Assembly: GCA_013265495.1 (NCBI GenBank)
Contig: MU057560.1
Coordinates: forward strand, 3,224,909 to 3,284,908
From: Vicugna vicugna
Taxonomy: Eukaryota
Length of the DNA stretch: 60,000 nt
Reading direction: 5' to 3'
Shown: piece by piece, positions 26,605 through 38,384 of the stretch
Numbering within the stretch: position 1 is the first letter of the stretch
How the letters are laid out: the number at the start of each line of letters is the position of its first letter
Notes under the pieces: generated by a model
Databases searched by the model: none
What the model was told of the DNA's origin: nothing
The model's input: only the letters and a program-made list of their open reading frames with translations
Translations under genes and position numbers: made by a program

Positions 26605-26700
26605 CCGCTAATCTCGGGGCAGCCCCAGGCCTGTGTCTGTAGATGAAGTCTTGCTGGAAGAGCTGCACCCACCCGGTCTCCTGCTCGTCACCGCTGTCGT
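26605..26700. mobile_element. MER58-like DNA transposon remnant
   Basis: ctaatctcgggg..gcctgtgtctgtagatgaagtcttgctggaa resembles MER58A (aaatctggccc..gcctgtttttgtaaataaagttttattggaa), from recall. Confidence 0.45.
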
Positions 26701-26779
26701 GTGAACACGACTACACCTGCTTTAAACCTGAACGCGTCACTAAATCCTTTCACAGAGCACAGCCCAGGGCTGCACAGCT

Positions 26780-27000
26780 GCATCAGGGAAGTCCACAAAT
26801 CTCCGGAAGGATGACGCTATGACACAAACTCTTCCAGAAAAACAAATACGGAACACCACTTCACTCATTTATAAACTCAAACTAAGCTGGACGCCAAATC
26901 CAGCAAGGAAGCTGCAATAGAATTAATTTACTGGTCAATTCCCCCTTGTCAACATCAATGCGAAAATCCTAAAGAAAATATTACCAAATGGAACAATCCG
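26780..27000 (+). mobile_element. Ancient L1 ORF2 fragment
   Basis: acaaactcttccagaaaa..actcatttata..cttgtcaacatcaatgcgaaaatcctaaagaaaatatta translates to LVNINAKILKKIL, similar to L1 LMNIDAKILNKIL. Confidence 0.7.
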
Positions 27001-29599
27001 GTTGGAAACCGAGGATGAGCAGGAAATAAGAGGCCTCCTGAGGGGGTGGAAATGAAAGGCAGGAGGGGGGTCTGCACAGGTCCCGGGGAGCAGGTTCCGG
27101 CTGGGAATCGGGCCTTGACTCAAACACCCCCCTTCCTCAAAGGCTGACATCCTCCGTCCAATGGTTCAGTCCCAGGCCCCGCCCACGACGGACAGGAGGG
27201 ACCCTGGAGTCAGCCGTCAGTGCCTCTGACCAGCCGTCCAGGGAGGATGCGGGAGGTTTCAACGCCAACCCAGTCCTCCCCCAGGAAGACTGCTTCCAGG
27301 GGACACAGCCGCCCAGTGCTGCCGAGAAACAGGCTTATATTTTTCCATAGTCCAGGGAAATGCCATATGACGTATTTTAATCTTCCATTTTAAACTTTGT
27401 TTAGAGCCCAGCTTTCAGCAGTGACACTGGCCTTGTAACTGCCGCTCAGATGTCTGATTCCGCCATCGCAGTGAATTTATAGCCATCAATGGAAACAAGC
27501 AAGGCCTGTCAATAATGACCTACTTAGGATGCACTTTTTGAGGAGAAAAAAGGTAGGACTCCATGCTGTTGACGGATTTCTATTTCTGCAAAAATAGACT
27601 GTTCTAACGAGCCACAAAGATCAAAAGAATCCTAACACAACTGCATAGCATTTGAATAACTTGGATTTGACACACAGAAAGTGTTTCAATGTTATTTAAA
27701 ATAGGTATCTACTTCCTTAAACTGTATTTTAAAGTGAAATCTACTTGTGAGAGAAACAGTTGGGAAGAGAGATGTGTACACACATTAAAAGTCATAAAAG
27801 GCATTAAAATAATCAAAACAAAGTAAATGAATCCTCGTTTATCATTAGCAGAATTCAGCTGTCAGTCACGCAGACGCCATGGCTGAAGCTGTCAAAATAA
27901 TCCTCTGTATATTTTAAATGGGGATCAACTCTGCCTCCAAAAGCAGCAGTGAAGACGCTCGTTACACGTAAGGGTGTCACTTCCAGCAGCCAGGCCGCAT
28001 GAGCTCTGCGCACTTCGCAGGAACTTGTGGGAGTGCAAAGAGGAACCTACTGACAAGATGAGCATTTCGATAAAGATTTCACTCTGCAAAAGGGAAGAAA
28101 CATAAAAATACAGGGTCATCTGGGAAGAACAAACTGCAGGTAGAAATGAGGAACACTTAATGCATCTAAACGTTTCAAGTGTGCCTGACATTTCAGGGCG
28201 GGTGTCGGGCACGTTTGACTCTGAAAATAAAGCAGGACATGCTTCGAACTTTTTTAAGAATACAGACTTTAGCTCCTGAGTCTAGCAGGTCCTCGGCATC
28301 AACCTGAACATTCTGTGAACTTGTTAGGAAGCAAACCTGAGTTGCACATGTCAAAGCAATCGTGCAGTTAAGACATGTTACAACAAGTTGTCCAGAGACA
28401 CCCTCTTGTAAACCAGCTAACGCCCACCTTTACCACACTGAATTTATTTACGTGGAAACTCACACTATCACAAAAGAAGGTGGCGCAGTGCCCAGTTTGG
28501 ATGCTGCTGGACGTGAGTGGGAGGATGAGGGGCGGAAGCCCAGGGCTTCACGAGGGGCACCGCGGCCTGACTCCTTGATGGGGCAGCTTCCCGAGGAAAC
28601 ACTGTGAGACGCCGTCGTTCGTTCCACGTGCAGAATTGGCTGTGCCGCCGCTGCTGCCTTTTGTCGTGATCATCTGTTTGTTATTTTTTTCCAATCTGGT
28701 AACAGAAACTCACAGATTCACTCTGTGAGAATGTAGTTACAGAAGAAGCAATCTTGCCTAAAACTCCTTATGAAAATAAATAATGCACAAAAGTGTTTAC
28801 AGTCAGATGATAACAGCCCCCCTTTTAAAGATTTTGACCACTGGATTGATCTTGATTAATTTATACACATAACGTCCATCCTGAGGGACCGGGTATTTCT
28901 CTAAAGATGACAGAATGGCTCCAAAAAATAAAGTCTTATGATTCTATTAAAAGATATAAAAAACTTACTATAAAATATTTCAGCTATCACCACTACCATT
29001 TAACACTGTTCTGAAAAGTCCTAGCTAAATTAAGGCAAAAATGTTATATTGTGCCTTGTCAATTTGCAATTAATGTCATAGTTTTGTGTTTTCAAATGTT
29101 ATAGAAATGATAACTTCACTCCCTACTTCCTGAGAATTCCAGTTAGCACATGACTGTACTGAACATCATGCCTGACTGAGGAAACTGAATCACTTCTTTG
29201 AGGTATTGGCATTCACCCTCGAAATTCATTATATACTAATACTTAGAACAAACTCCCAGGGGACTCAGCTGTACTCCCTAAAGCTATGGAACAATACAGT
29301 CACCATCTGGTTTTCTCTGTCTTCAGTGTTAAATTATCTGATTACTAGCAGAAACATGCAAATTAAGAGCAAGTTTTCTCAGCAGTCTGCCAAGAGGCAC
29401 GCATCATCAGCACACCTGAAGGCTTTTAACTAGTCTTTGAATGGAAAGTACTTAATGAGTAAATAAGAGAGAATGATTATGTGATTATGACAAATTGAAA
29501 AAGCATACAAATCTCACTTGTGAAATTAATCCACACCTTCTTTCAGCCTGCGGAAACAAAAGTAAGTCAATGACTTTACTTTAAAAGCAGATTTACACT

Positions 29600-30747
29600 G
29601 CATACAACTCAGTGACAAAAAAATAAACAACTCAATCCAAAAATGGGCAGAAGACTTAAACTAACATTTCTCCAGTGAAGTCATACAAATGGCCAATAGG
29701 CATGTGAAAAAATGCTCAATATCATTAATTATCAGAGAAATGAAAATCAAAACTTACAATGAGGTATCACCTCACAACAGTCAGAATGGCCATCATTTAA
29801 AAGTCCACAAACAAATGCTGGAGAGGGTGTGGAGAAAAGGGAACCCCCCAACACTGCTGGTGGGAATGCAGCTTGGTGCAGCCATTGTGGAAAACAGAAT
29901 GGAGATTCTTCAAAAGATTAAAAATAGACTTACCATATGATCCAGCAATCCCACTCCTGGGCATATATCTGGAGAAAAATATAATTCAAAAAGAAACCTA
30001 CTGGAGAGGGGTGGAGAAAAGGGAACCCCCCAACACTGCTGGTGGGAATGCAGCTTGGTGCAGCCATTGTGGAAAACAGAATGGAGATTCTTCAAAAGAT
30101 TAAAAATAGACTTACCATATGATCCAGCAATCCCACTCCTGGGCATATATCTGGAGAAAAATATAATTCAAAAAGAAACCTGAACCCCAATGTTCACAGC
30201 AGCACTGTTTACAACAGCCAAGACAGAGAAACAACCTAAATGTCCATCAACAGATGACTGGGTAAAGATGTGGTATATTTATACAATGGAATACTACTCA
30301 GCCATAAAAACCGACAACATAACGCCATTTGCAGCAACATGGATGTCCCTGGAGAATGTCATTCTAAGTGAAGTAAGCCAGAAAGAGAAAAATACCATAT
30401 GAGATCGCTCATAAGTGGAATCTTAAAAACAAACAAACAAACAAACAAAGCATAAATACAGAACAGAAATAGACTCATAGACATAGAATACAGACTTGTG
30501 GTTGCCAAGTGGGTGGGGGGTGGGAAGAGACAGACTGGGATTTCAAAATTGTAGAATAGATAAACAAGATTATACTGTATAGCACAGGGAATATATACAA
30601 GATCTTATGGTAGCTCACAGAGAAAGAAATGTGACAATGAATATATATATATATATGTTCATCTATAATTGAAAAATTGTGCTCTACACTGGAATTTGAC
30701 ACAACATTGTAAAATGATTATAAATCAATAAAATATGTTAAAAAAAA
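29600..30747 (+). mobile_element. L1 3' fragment (ORF2 C-terminus plus a younger-looking 3' UTR), with an internal ~182-bp tandem duplication
   Basis: ORF-track peptides [39 protein letters not shown] and MFTAALFTTAK..KQPKCPSTDDW..WYIYTMEYYSAIK match the L1 ORF2 C-terminus. A-rich tail at about 30740-30747. Confidence 0.92.
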
Positions 30748-31228
30748 GATGCGGTATATATATGCAATGGAATACTACTCAGCCATAAAATGACAACATA
30801 ATGCCATTTGCAGAACATGGATGGACCTGGAGAATGTCGTAGTAAGTGAAGTAAGCCAGAAAGAACAACAAAGATCATCTGATATCACTTATTATGTGGA
30901 ATCTTAAAAAATGACACAAGTGAACTTATTTACAAAACAGAAACAAACTCACAGACATAGAAAACAAACTTATGGTTACCAGGTGGGGAAGGAGGGAGGG
31001 ATAAATTAGGAGCCTGAGATTTTCAGATACCAACTACTACATATAAAATAAACAAGGACCTACTACAGAGCACAGAGAACTATATTCAATGTCTTATAGT
31101 AACCTATAGTGAAAAAAAATACAAAAAGAAATACATGTATGAATAACTGAATCACTATGCTGTACACCAGAAATTAACACATTGTAAACTGACTATACTT
31201 CAATAAAAATTTTTAAAAATTAAAAATA
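30748..31228 (+). mobile_element. Second L1 3' end (different 3' UTR type) directly abutting the first
   Basis: Restarts at gatgcggtatatatatgcaatggaatactactcagccataaaa and runs through a 3' UTR like the one at 1-402 to an A-rich tail. Confidence 0.88.
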
Positions 31229-33399
31229 ATTAAGATGGTATAAAAAAGCAGGTTTCCTAATTAGTCACTTATATGCTGGAAAATACGTTCAATCTACTGG
31301 TATCTCTAAAAGACACACAAAATTCATCAAGTTTATTATTAGGAAAAGTGCACCAACTTTTTCCTCGGACTGTGGATGACATTTCCAAAATAATAACACT
31401 ATAAAATGAATTACTACTGTCCACCAGTTTTATTGGATTTATTTTAGTTATGTGTGCTGTCTTCAATTTCAGTAAAAACACGCACACCAAAATCAACAAT
31501 GTGTGGAAGCGACCGAGGAGAGATGCTCAGTGCGTCACCAAGACCAGCGTGGCAGAGCCCCGCTGATCGGAGGCAGAGACGCAAGCACAGGCGCTGGCCC
31601 GGCCCAAAGCTGAGGCTGGGAGGGGCCATGTGGACAGAACACGGATGAGAAGCCCCCACCGAGGGCAGGTGAACCCATCAGCTTGCTGCCTTTGGCAAAA
31701 AACAGGAGGAATGATGGTAGCAATGAAACCGGGAAAAAACAAAAGTCGGAAATGTCGACAGGGACGTAAAGCTGAGTGGCGTGGGGGCACGGGGTGGGGG
31801 GCAGATGGGTGCCCTGCAGGTCTTTCCCGAGCCCCAGGAGGAGCCCCTCTAGCTGTGGTCCACGAAGGAGGACCCCTTGTCTCCCTCCTCTCACATGAAG
31901 CAGCTCCATCCGCCGCAGGTGACAGGGCAGGTAAACCTCCCGCGCCCCCAGTCCCAGGGAAAGCCACGGCCCTGGGGGAAGCAGGAACCCCCAAACCGGG
32001 GCCAGGCTGGCTGCCCCTGGGGAGAGGGGCACCAGCACCGAGAGACCCCACCGCCACGGTTCGGGGACGCAGGGCCTCGGGCAGACCCAGTGAAGGAGGC
32101 CAGAGGGAAGCCCCCTCCAGAAAGTTCCAGAAGGAACAGGAGGAGGCAGCAGACCAACAGAGGGCCAGCAGGTGAGGGGGCCTGTGCAGAGCGAGCTGGG
32201 CTGGGAGGGAGGACACAGGAGGCCTCGGCCTGCCAGGCCTCTCACCTGCTGCAGGCTAGGCCACCACGGGGCCGCCGGCAGGTCTCTGCGATGGGAGGTG
32301 ACCTTGGGGTCAACGAAGCCCAGGGCCAAACACCCTCACCCCCACCAGAGCCTCCCGCTTCGCCCAGCGGTGGGTGAGAAAGGCTGCCCTTCCACGACAG
32401 AAGCAAGGGGTTTAAACCAGCCGTTGTCACCCCAGCAGCCACCAGTGGGCAGCCCCACAGACGTGGGCATGAGGGTGTAGACTGGGTCTTAAAGTGCTCG
32501 GATCTGCACGTCAGTAAAGGCCCCGGTGACAGTGGACGCGTCCCGAACAGAATTTCAGCAGAAATCCTGGAATTACAAAAACCAGTCTGCTGGAAATTCG
32601 AGGGCAAGTCTGTAACAGGGGTTAAGGAGCCCTTCTCTAGGGCTGTCCACACACCAACACGTCAGCCTGAGAAACGGGTGATCTGAGGGGGGTTCCCAGG
32701 GGGAACAGAACAGAGCATCCCCAGACACGCAGTCACACTGCTGAGACCACGGGCACAAGGCCCAGGAAGCGACCAGAGAAATGAGAACCACCACCTGGAG
32801 GGGCCAAGACAAGGGTCATTGCGCATCCCCCACAAAGTGACAGGCCAGCCGCATCCTCAAAGCACAGGAAGGGGCCGGAGTGGCCGCCCCAGGACACTGA
32901 GTGAAGGTGGCGTTGAGTGAGCCGCACAAAAGCACGAGCCCCGCCGGGCAGGGCTCACGCGGGAAGGATGTGCCACCGGTCAAGATGGGGACCCACGCAG
33001 AAATGAAGGGCGCCGTGAGATGGCGATTCGATGTTCTCATCTCTAATCTCCCTCGTGAATAATGGCCTAAAGCAGCAGGAGCTGGCCTAGCCTTTCATCC
33101 AACCTGTCACTCTCTTCTTAATCCAGGTGCTGGAGCCATTAACACCGCATGTGATGTCGTCACCCTGTGGCTCAGTGATTATCTTTAGTTCCATCCGTCT
33201 TCTTCCTTGTTTTCCTGTCTTTTAGATTCAGTACTTTTATTATTTACTTTTATTTCAGTTTTTGGCTTTTTAAGTTCATAACTCTTTCTTGAGGGTTTGC
33301 GGATGGGGTACAACTGAAGCACCGGAGATCTGCGAGATAGGAGAATGTCGGGAACAGCCTTGTGCTGTTGGATTGGACAACATGGGTGAAATAGAGAAA

Positions 33400-35960
33400 C
33401 TTGTTAAAAGAGGAAAAGTACCAAAACTCACTCAGTAACAGGTGACCCAAATGGCCCTGTTGCAGGAGCTGTGTCTCTTCTGCAGAGAAAGTTCCAGGCC
33501 CCAGTGGCTTTACTGGTAAACTCTTTCAAAACCTCCCAGAACACAACAGAGGAGAAAACATGTTCCCACTTTTCTTATGATGCTGGAATTACTGATACCA
33601 AAACCAGACGAATACACTAGAAGAGAGAAAATTAGCTTTACCTCCCTCGTAAGCACAGCTGCGACTATCCATAACAAAGCACCGCCAAGCCAGCGCCAGC
33701 AGCTGCGGGAAGAGCACACCTGACGTCCCCTGGGACTCACACCATCATTGCCAGGCTCCACAAACATCTGAACATCAATGCAGCGCACCAGACGAACAGC
33801 TCAAGGGAAGTGAGACCGGTTTTCCACTAAATTCAACACATTGAAGACCAAACCCCTCAGCGAACCAGGAATGGAGGAGGAACCTCCCCAGACGGATGAC
33901 GTCTGTGCAGTTGACGTGATAACTAATGGTGAAAACAACCAGTATTTATCCCCAAGTTCAAAGACAAAGTGTCGACTTCCCATCACTTCGTCCCAACATT
34001 TTCCTGGAGCCTCCAGCATTGCAATATGGAAGAAAAAAGAACAAAAAAATCATCTCTTGGCAAAGAAAGAAGAACTAAGACTGTCTCTGTCATGGATAAC
34101 ATATTGCCTACCTAGAAAATCCCCCAGAAGTCAAAAAGTAAAGTCACAAAAACTAATCAGCAGATTTAAAAGGGCCACAGGATCGAAGGGAAATGTACAA
34201 AAATCAGCTCTATTTCTAGATGCTAAAATAAGAAAAGTTTGTAAACTGAAATTTCAAAAAATATTACGATAGGATGAAGTATATGGAATAGACATAATAT
34301 TGTAAAGCATCGCTGGCAGAATTTGAAAAATCTAAATAAGAATGATTTTCTGTTCATACGTCATGTTCTTAGTTGGAAAACCAAGTATTTTTAAGACATG
34401 ATTTTTCCCTAGACTGAAGTATACTTTCAAAAAAATCTCAATTAAAATTCCAGCAGGCTTTTTTTGTAGAAATGGGGCAAGTGATTCTACACTTACATGG
34501 AAGGACAAAAGATCTAAAAAACCCAAAACAGTACTGAAAATGAAGGACAAATTTGAATAATTCACACCAAGCGATGTCCAGGCTTTCTGTAAAGCTACAG
34601 CACTGGGTGGATGCGGCACTGGCATCAGGAGACATGTGCAGACAAGGGAGACGGAGCCCGGAAGCACACCCGCAGACCCGCCTGGGAGACGGCCAAGAAG
34701 GTGGCAAAGAAATCCAACGAGGAGCGGGCAAGCTTTTCAAAAAACGCAGCTTGAACAACTGGGGAGCTAGATGCGAAAAAAGAACCCCCGTCCACACTTC
34801 ACTGATTATACACAAAGTGCGCGCAGTGGATCCCAGACTTAAGTGCAGTAATCCAACCTGTAAAACTTCAAGGACAACACAGAAAATTTTATGACATTAG
34901 GTGAGGCAAATATTTCTTAGACAGGACACTAAAAAGAGAGCCCAGAGAAGGAAGGGAGGAAGGAAGGAAGGAGAAAAGGAAAAAAAGAAAAGAAAGAAAG
35001 AAATTGACACACTGGGTTTCATCAAAGTTAAAGTGCGTGCTCTGTGAAAGGCATAGTTAAGGAACTGAAAAGATTAGGTCGACACTGGAATAAAATTCTG
35101 TAAAATCAAAGTCTGATAAAGGAGCTGCATCTAGAATGAACAGACAACTCCTACAACTCAGTATTAAAGGGGAAAAAAACCAATAAAAGATGAGTAAAAG
35201 ACAATCAAATAAAAGATTTTCAAACAGAATATGAAAAGAGATCTTCCAACTTAAAACATAAAAGAAAACCCAGCACAAAAAGGGCAAACACCCGAACGTG
35301 CCTCATGAAGGAAGTTGCCCATGTGGAAAATGTACACTGAAAAGCTGTCTGAAGCCACCGTTCACCCGGGGCCAGGACGAAGCCCGCAGCTGCAGCCGCA
35401 CGTCCACCTGGGGGACTGGGCGTACAGGTGCGGGGTACGGGTACCAGGGCCAGGACACAGCAACAGGACCGGCATCCGTGCGTCGCTGGGGACCAAGGAG
35501 CACAGCCCTGTGGAAAACGACCTGGAGTTTCCCTTGTGAAGTTACAGGTGCACGGAATGTGAGACCAGCCATCAGGCTCCTACGAGTTTGCTCAAGACCA
35601 AGGGAAGTGTGCGAGTACAGAAACCCTGTCTCTGAACACCCGCAGCTGCTCTGTTATGTTATTATGTGTTCACAGCTGCTCCAACCTGGAGGCAACTGCA
35701 CGTCCGTCAGCTGGTGAGACACATTCCTTCGAGGGGACACGCCAGGTGATGAACAATGAACCCGATACATGCGAGCTCCCAGGCGAGGCTGATGAGACCT
35801 GGGGTAGCCTGACCGGGGCCGGAAAGCCACTCGCTGCGAGACCCACGCACAGGACCTCTGGCAGGACAGAACCCGGTCCCGGGGCTGGGAAGTGGCCGGG
35901 GGGACTAACTGCAAAGGAGAGGAGGATATGGGGAGAGTCTTGATCACCGTGGCGACTCCA
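33400..35960 (+). mobile_element. Ancient degenerate L1M ORF2 and 3' end
   Basis: Ordered L1 motifs ccaggccccagtggctttactggtaaa, ctgataccaaaaccagac, aatgtacaaaaatcagctctatttcta, aattaaaattccagcaggcttttttgtagaaat, ctcctacaactcagt and gagaccagccatcaggctcctacg. Boundaries are approximate. Confidence 0.8.
34945..35002 (+). repeat. (GAAG)/(GAAA) purine simple repeat
   Basis: gaaggaagggaggaaggaaggaaggagaaaaggaaaaaaagaaaagaaagaaagaaa. Confidence 0.8.
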
Positions 35961-35984
35961 TGATTATACTTGTCAAAACTGATA

Positions 35985-36300
35985 AAACCACACAATTTCT
36001 TCTGCCTGCACAGGAGCCCTGACATCCAGCGTCAGGAGGGCCTGCTCCACCTGGGGGTCCTTGTCGGGAGGTGGCTGCATCCCCGACCGCTTCACCCCCA
36101 GTCCTCCCCACCTCCCTCCTTCCGCACGTCTCCTCCTCTGACTCTGGCCCTCCCGTCCTCCCCCCTGCAGGACCCCGAGATCCAGGATGGTCTCCCCAAC
36201 TCAAGATCCTTCATCACAGCAGCAAACACTGCTGTGCTGTGTACAGTAATGTAGTCACCGGTTCCGGGGTTGGGACGTGGGTGCGTCCACCAACACACAC
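35985..36300. mobile_element. MaLR LTR remnant (MLT1-type)
   Basis: atccaggatggtctccccaactcaagatccttcatcacagcagcaaa..gtcaccggttccggggttgggacgtgg resembles the MLT1 terminus (atccaggataatctccc..tcaagatccttaa..aatcacatctgcaaa..ttcacaggttccagggattaggacgtgg), from recall. Confidence 0.65.
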
Positions 36301-36550
36301 CTGAATCCGGCCTCACTGCCCTTCCTCAGGCCGTCTGCACAGGACCTGCAGCTTCAAAGCCCGTCTCCTCCGGGCTCCCGTAGTACACCCAGGCCCTTCG
36401 TACTGAGTGTCCACCCATGCTCTGCCCACAGCACTGTCCCCACTCAGACACGCCTTCCCGGCCGGGCGGGTGTACTCTCCCGGGAGACAGAGACCGCGTT
36501 TTCTACAGCTTGTGCACTTTCTGAAGCATCTGGTGCAGTTTTAAGTAAAT

Positions 36551-37313
36551 AATCAACATTTCAAAGGGAACCCACCTACACTGCTGGTGGGAACGCAGTT
36601 TGGTGCAGCCACTAGGGAGAAAAGTATAGCGAGTCCTCAGAAAGCTAAAAATAGACATATCCTATGATCCAGCAGTCCCACTCCTGGGCATGTATCTGGA
36701 GGGAACTCTAATTCAAAAAGACACATGCACCACAATGTTCATAGCAGCACTATTTCCAATAGCCAAGACATGGAAACAGCCTAAATGTCCATCAGATGAC
36801 TGGATAAAGAAGTTGAGGTATTTATACAATGGAATACTACTCAGCCATAAAAATGATAAAATAATGCCATTTGCAGCAACATGGATGGGCCTGGAGATCA
36901 TCATTCTAAGTGAAGTGAGCCAGAAAGAGAAAGAAAAATACCATGTAATATCACTCACATGTGGAATCTAAAAGAAGAAAAAAGAAGACACTAATGAACT
37001 TATCTATAAAACAGAGACAGACTCCAGACATAGTAAACAAACTTATGGTTACCAGGGGAAGCAGGGTGGGAAGGGATAAATTTAGGAGTTCAAGATTTGC
37101 AAATATTAACTACTATATATAATAAAGATAAGCAACAAGGTCTTTCTGTACAGCACAGGGAACTATATTCAATATCTTGTACTATCGCGTAATGAAAAAG
37201 ACTATGGAAACGAATATATGAATGTACACATATGACTGGAAGTGTGCTGTACACCAGAAATTGACACACTATAAATTGACTACACTTTAATTTAAAAAAA
37301 TCAACATTTCAAA
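36551..37313 (+). mobile_element. 5'-truncated L1 with a perfect 15-bp target-site duplication
   Basis: Peptide YLEGTLIQKDTCTTMFIAALFPIAKTWKQPKCPS.DWIKK..MPFAATWMGLEIIILSEVSQKEKEKYH plus 3' UTR. TSD aatcaacatttcaaa at 36551-36565 and 37299-37313. Confidence 0.92.
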
Positions 37314-38110
37314 AATTTGTGTCAGAAAAACGATTTGTTAAAGATACATATAATTATATATAATACATAATATAATATAAAATAACATAATACATCATAT
37401 GGTAATACAAAGCAATATTTCAATTTTAATTGAATGCTATTAGTGAGAGAAAAGCTATTGTATTTGAGGAATATTCTGTAAAATTTAGCCCTCAGTTATT
37501 CACTTGGAAAATGCGAAGCATTTATTGGCTTTTCTAACGTGTTTTATGTTTCAGGAATGCCAAGGACATTTTCTTTAAACAACACAGTCGGTGCTTTAAT
37601 TAGAACAGTGCTACATTTTGTCTTCTCTACTAAAGGAACGAATCCTCTATTTAAGGAAGGAAAAAGCCCCACTTGCTAATGAAGCAGTCTTCCCTGAATC
37701 TTCCACAGAATTACTGATCGTCTTCAAGGATCTGCGGGCTTTTTAAATAGATCTCAGCACCAGGTACCACCTGGCAAGTGGATTTCTTCTCCCTGAGCCT
37801 GAGCCGTCCAGGCATCACCCTCTGCATTTATCTTGTCTCCTTCCTTTAAACTAACCCTGGGGGTCTCAGTCACAGCATTCGCCAAATGCCAGCCTCTCTG
37901 CGGAAAGCTCTCATCATTCTAATTCACATTATCTGTTACTGAGTCCAGGCCAACTCACCAATAAGACAGGCACCTTCACAACCATTAAAACAGAAATCTG
38001 ATTCCACGTGAGATTTTTCTCTTGTTCAAAGGGTAAGGAGGTTACTTTGGTTCCTCTCTCCAAAACAAAGCCTAGAGCCTGGGGAGAAGAGTGGCTGGGA
38101 GGTCCTGGGA

Positions 38111-38384
38111 GATCCCCTGGTGTCAGATCCCAGGAGATCCCCTGGTGTCAGATCCCAGGAGATCCCATGGTGTCAGATCCCAGGAGATCCCCTGAACTCA
38201 GATCCCAGGAGATCCCCTGGTGTCAGATCCCAGGAGATCTCCTGATGTCAGATCCCAGGGGATCCCCTGGTGTCAGATCCCAGGAGATCCCCTGGTGTCA
38301 GATCCCAGGAGATCCCCTGAACTCAGATCCCAGGGGATCCCCTGGTGTCAGATCCCAGGAGATCCCTGATGTCAGACCCCAGGC
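38111..38384. repeat. Minisatellite (VNTR), about 11 copies of a 25-bp unit gatcccctggtgtcagatcccagga
   Basis: Units start at 38111, 38136, 38161, 38186, 38211, 38236, 38261, 38286, 38311, 38336 and 38361, with few variants. Confidence 0.95.

Noticed and set aside
29689..30402. Functional L1 ORF2
   Set aside because: The element is 5'-truncated, frameshifted and internally duplicated; no intact L1 is present in the window.
38111..38384. CRISPR-like array (about 25-bp partly palindromic repeats)
   Set aside because: The units are contiguous with no unique spacers, there are no cas genes and the context is mammalian. It is a minisatellite, and ORF 38008-38484 is only its translation.
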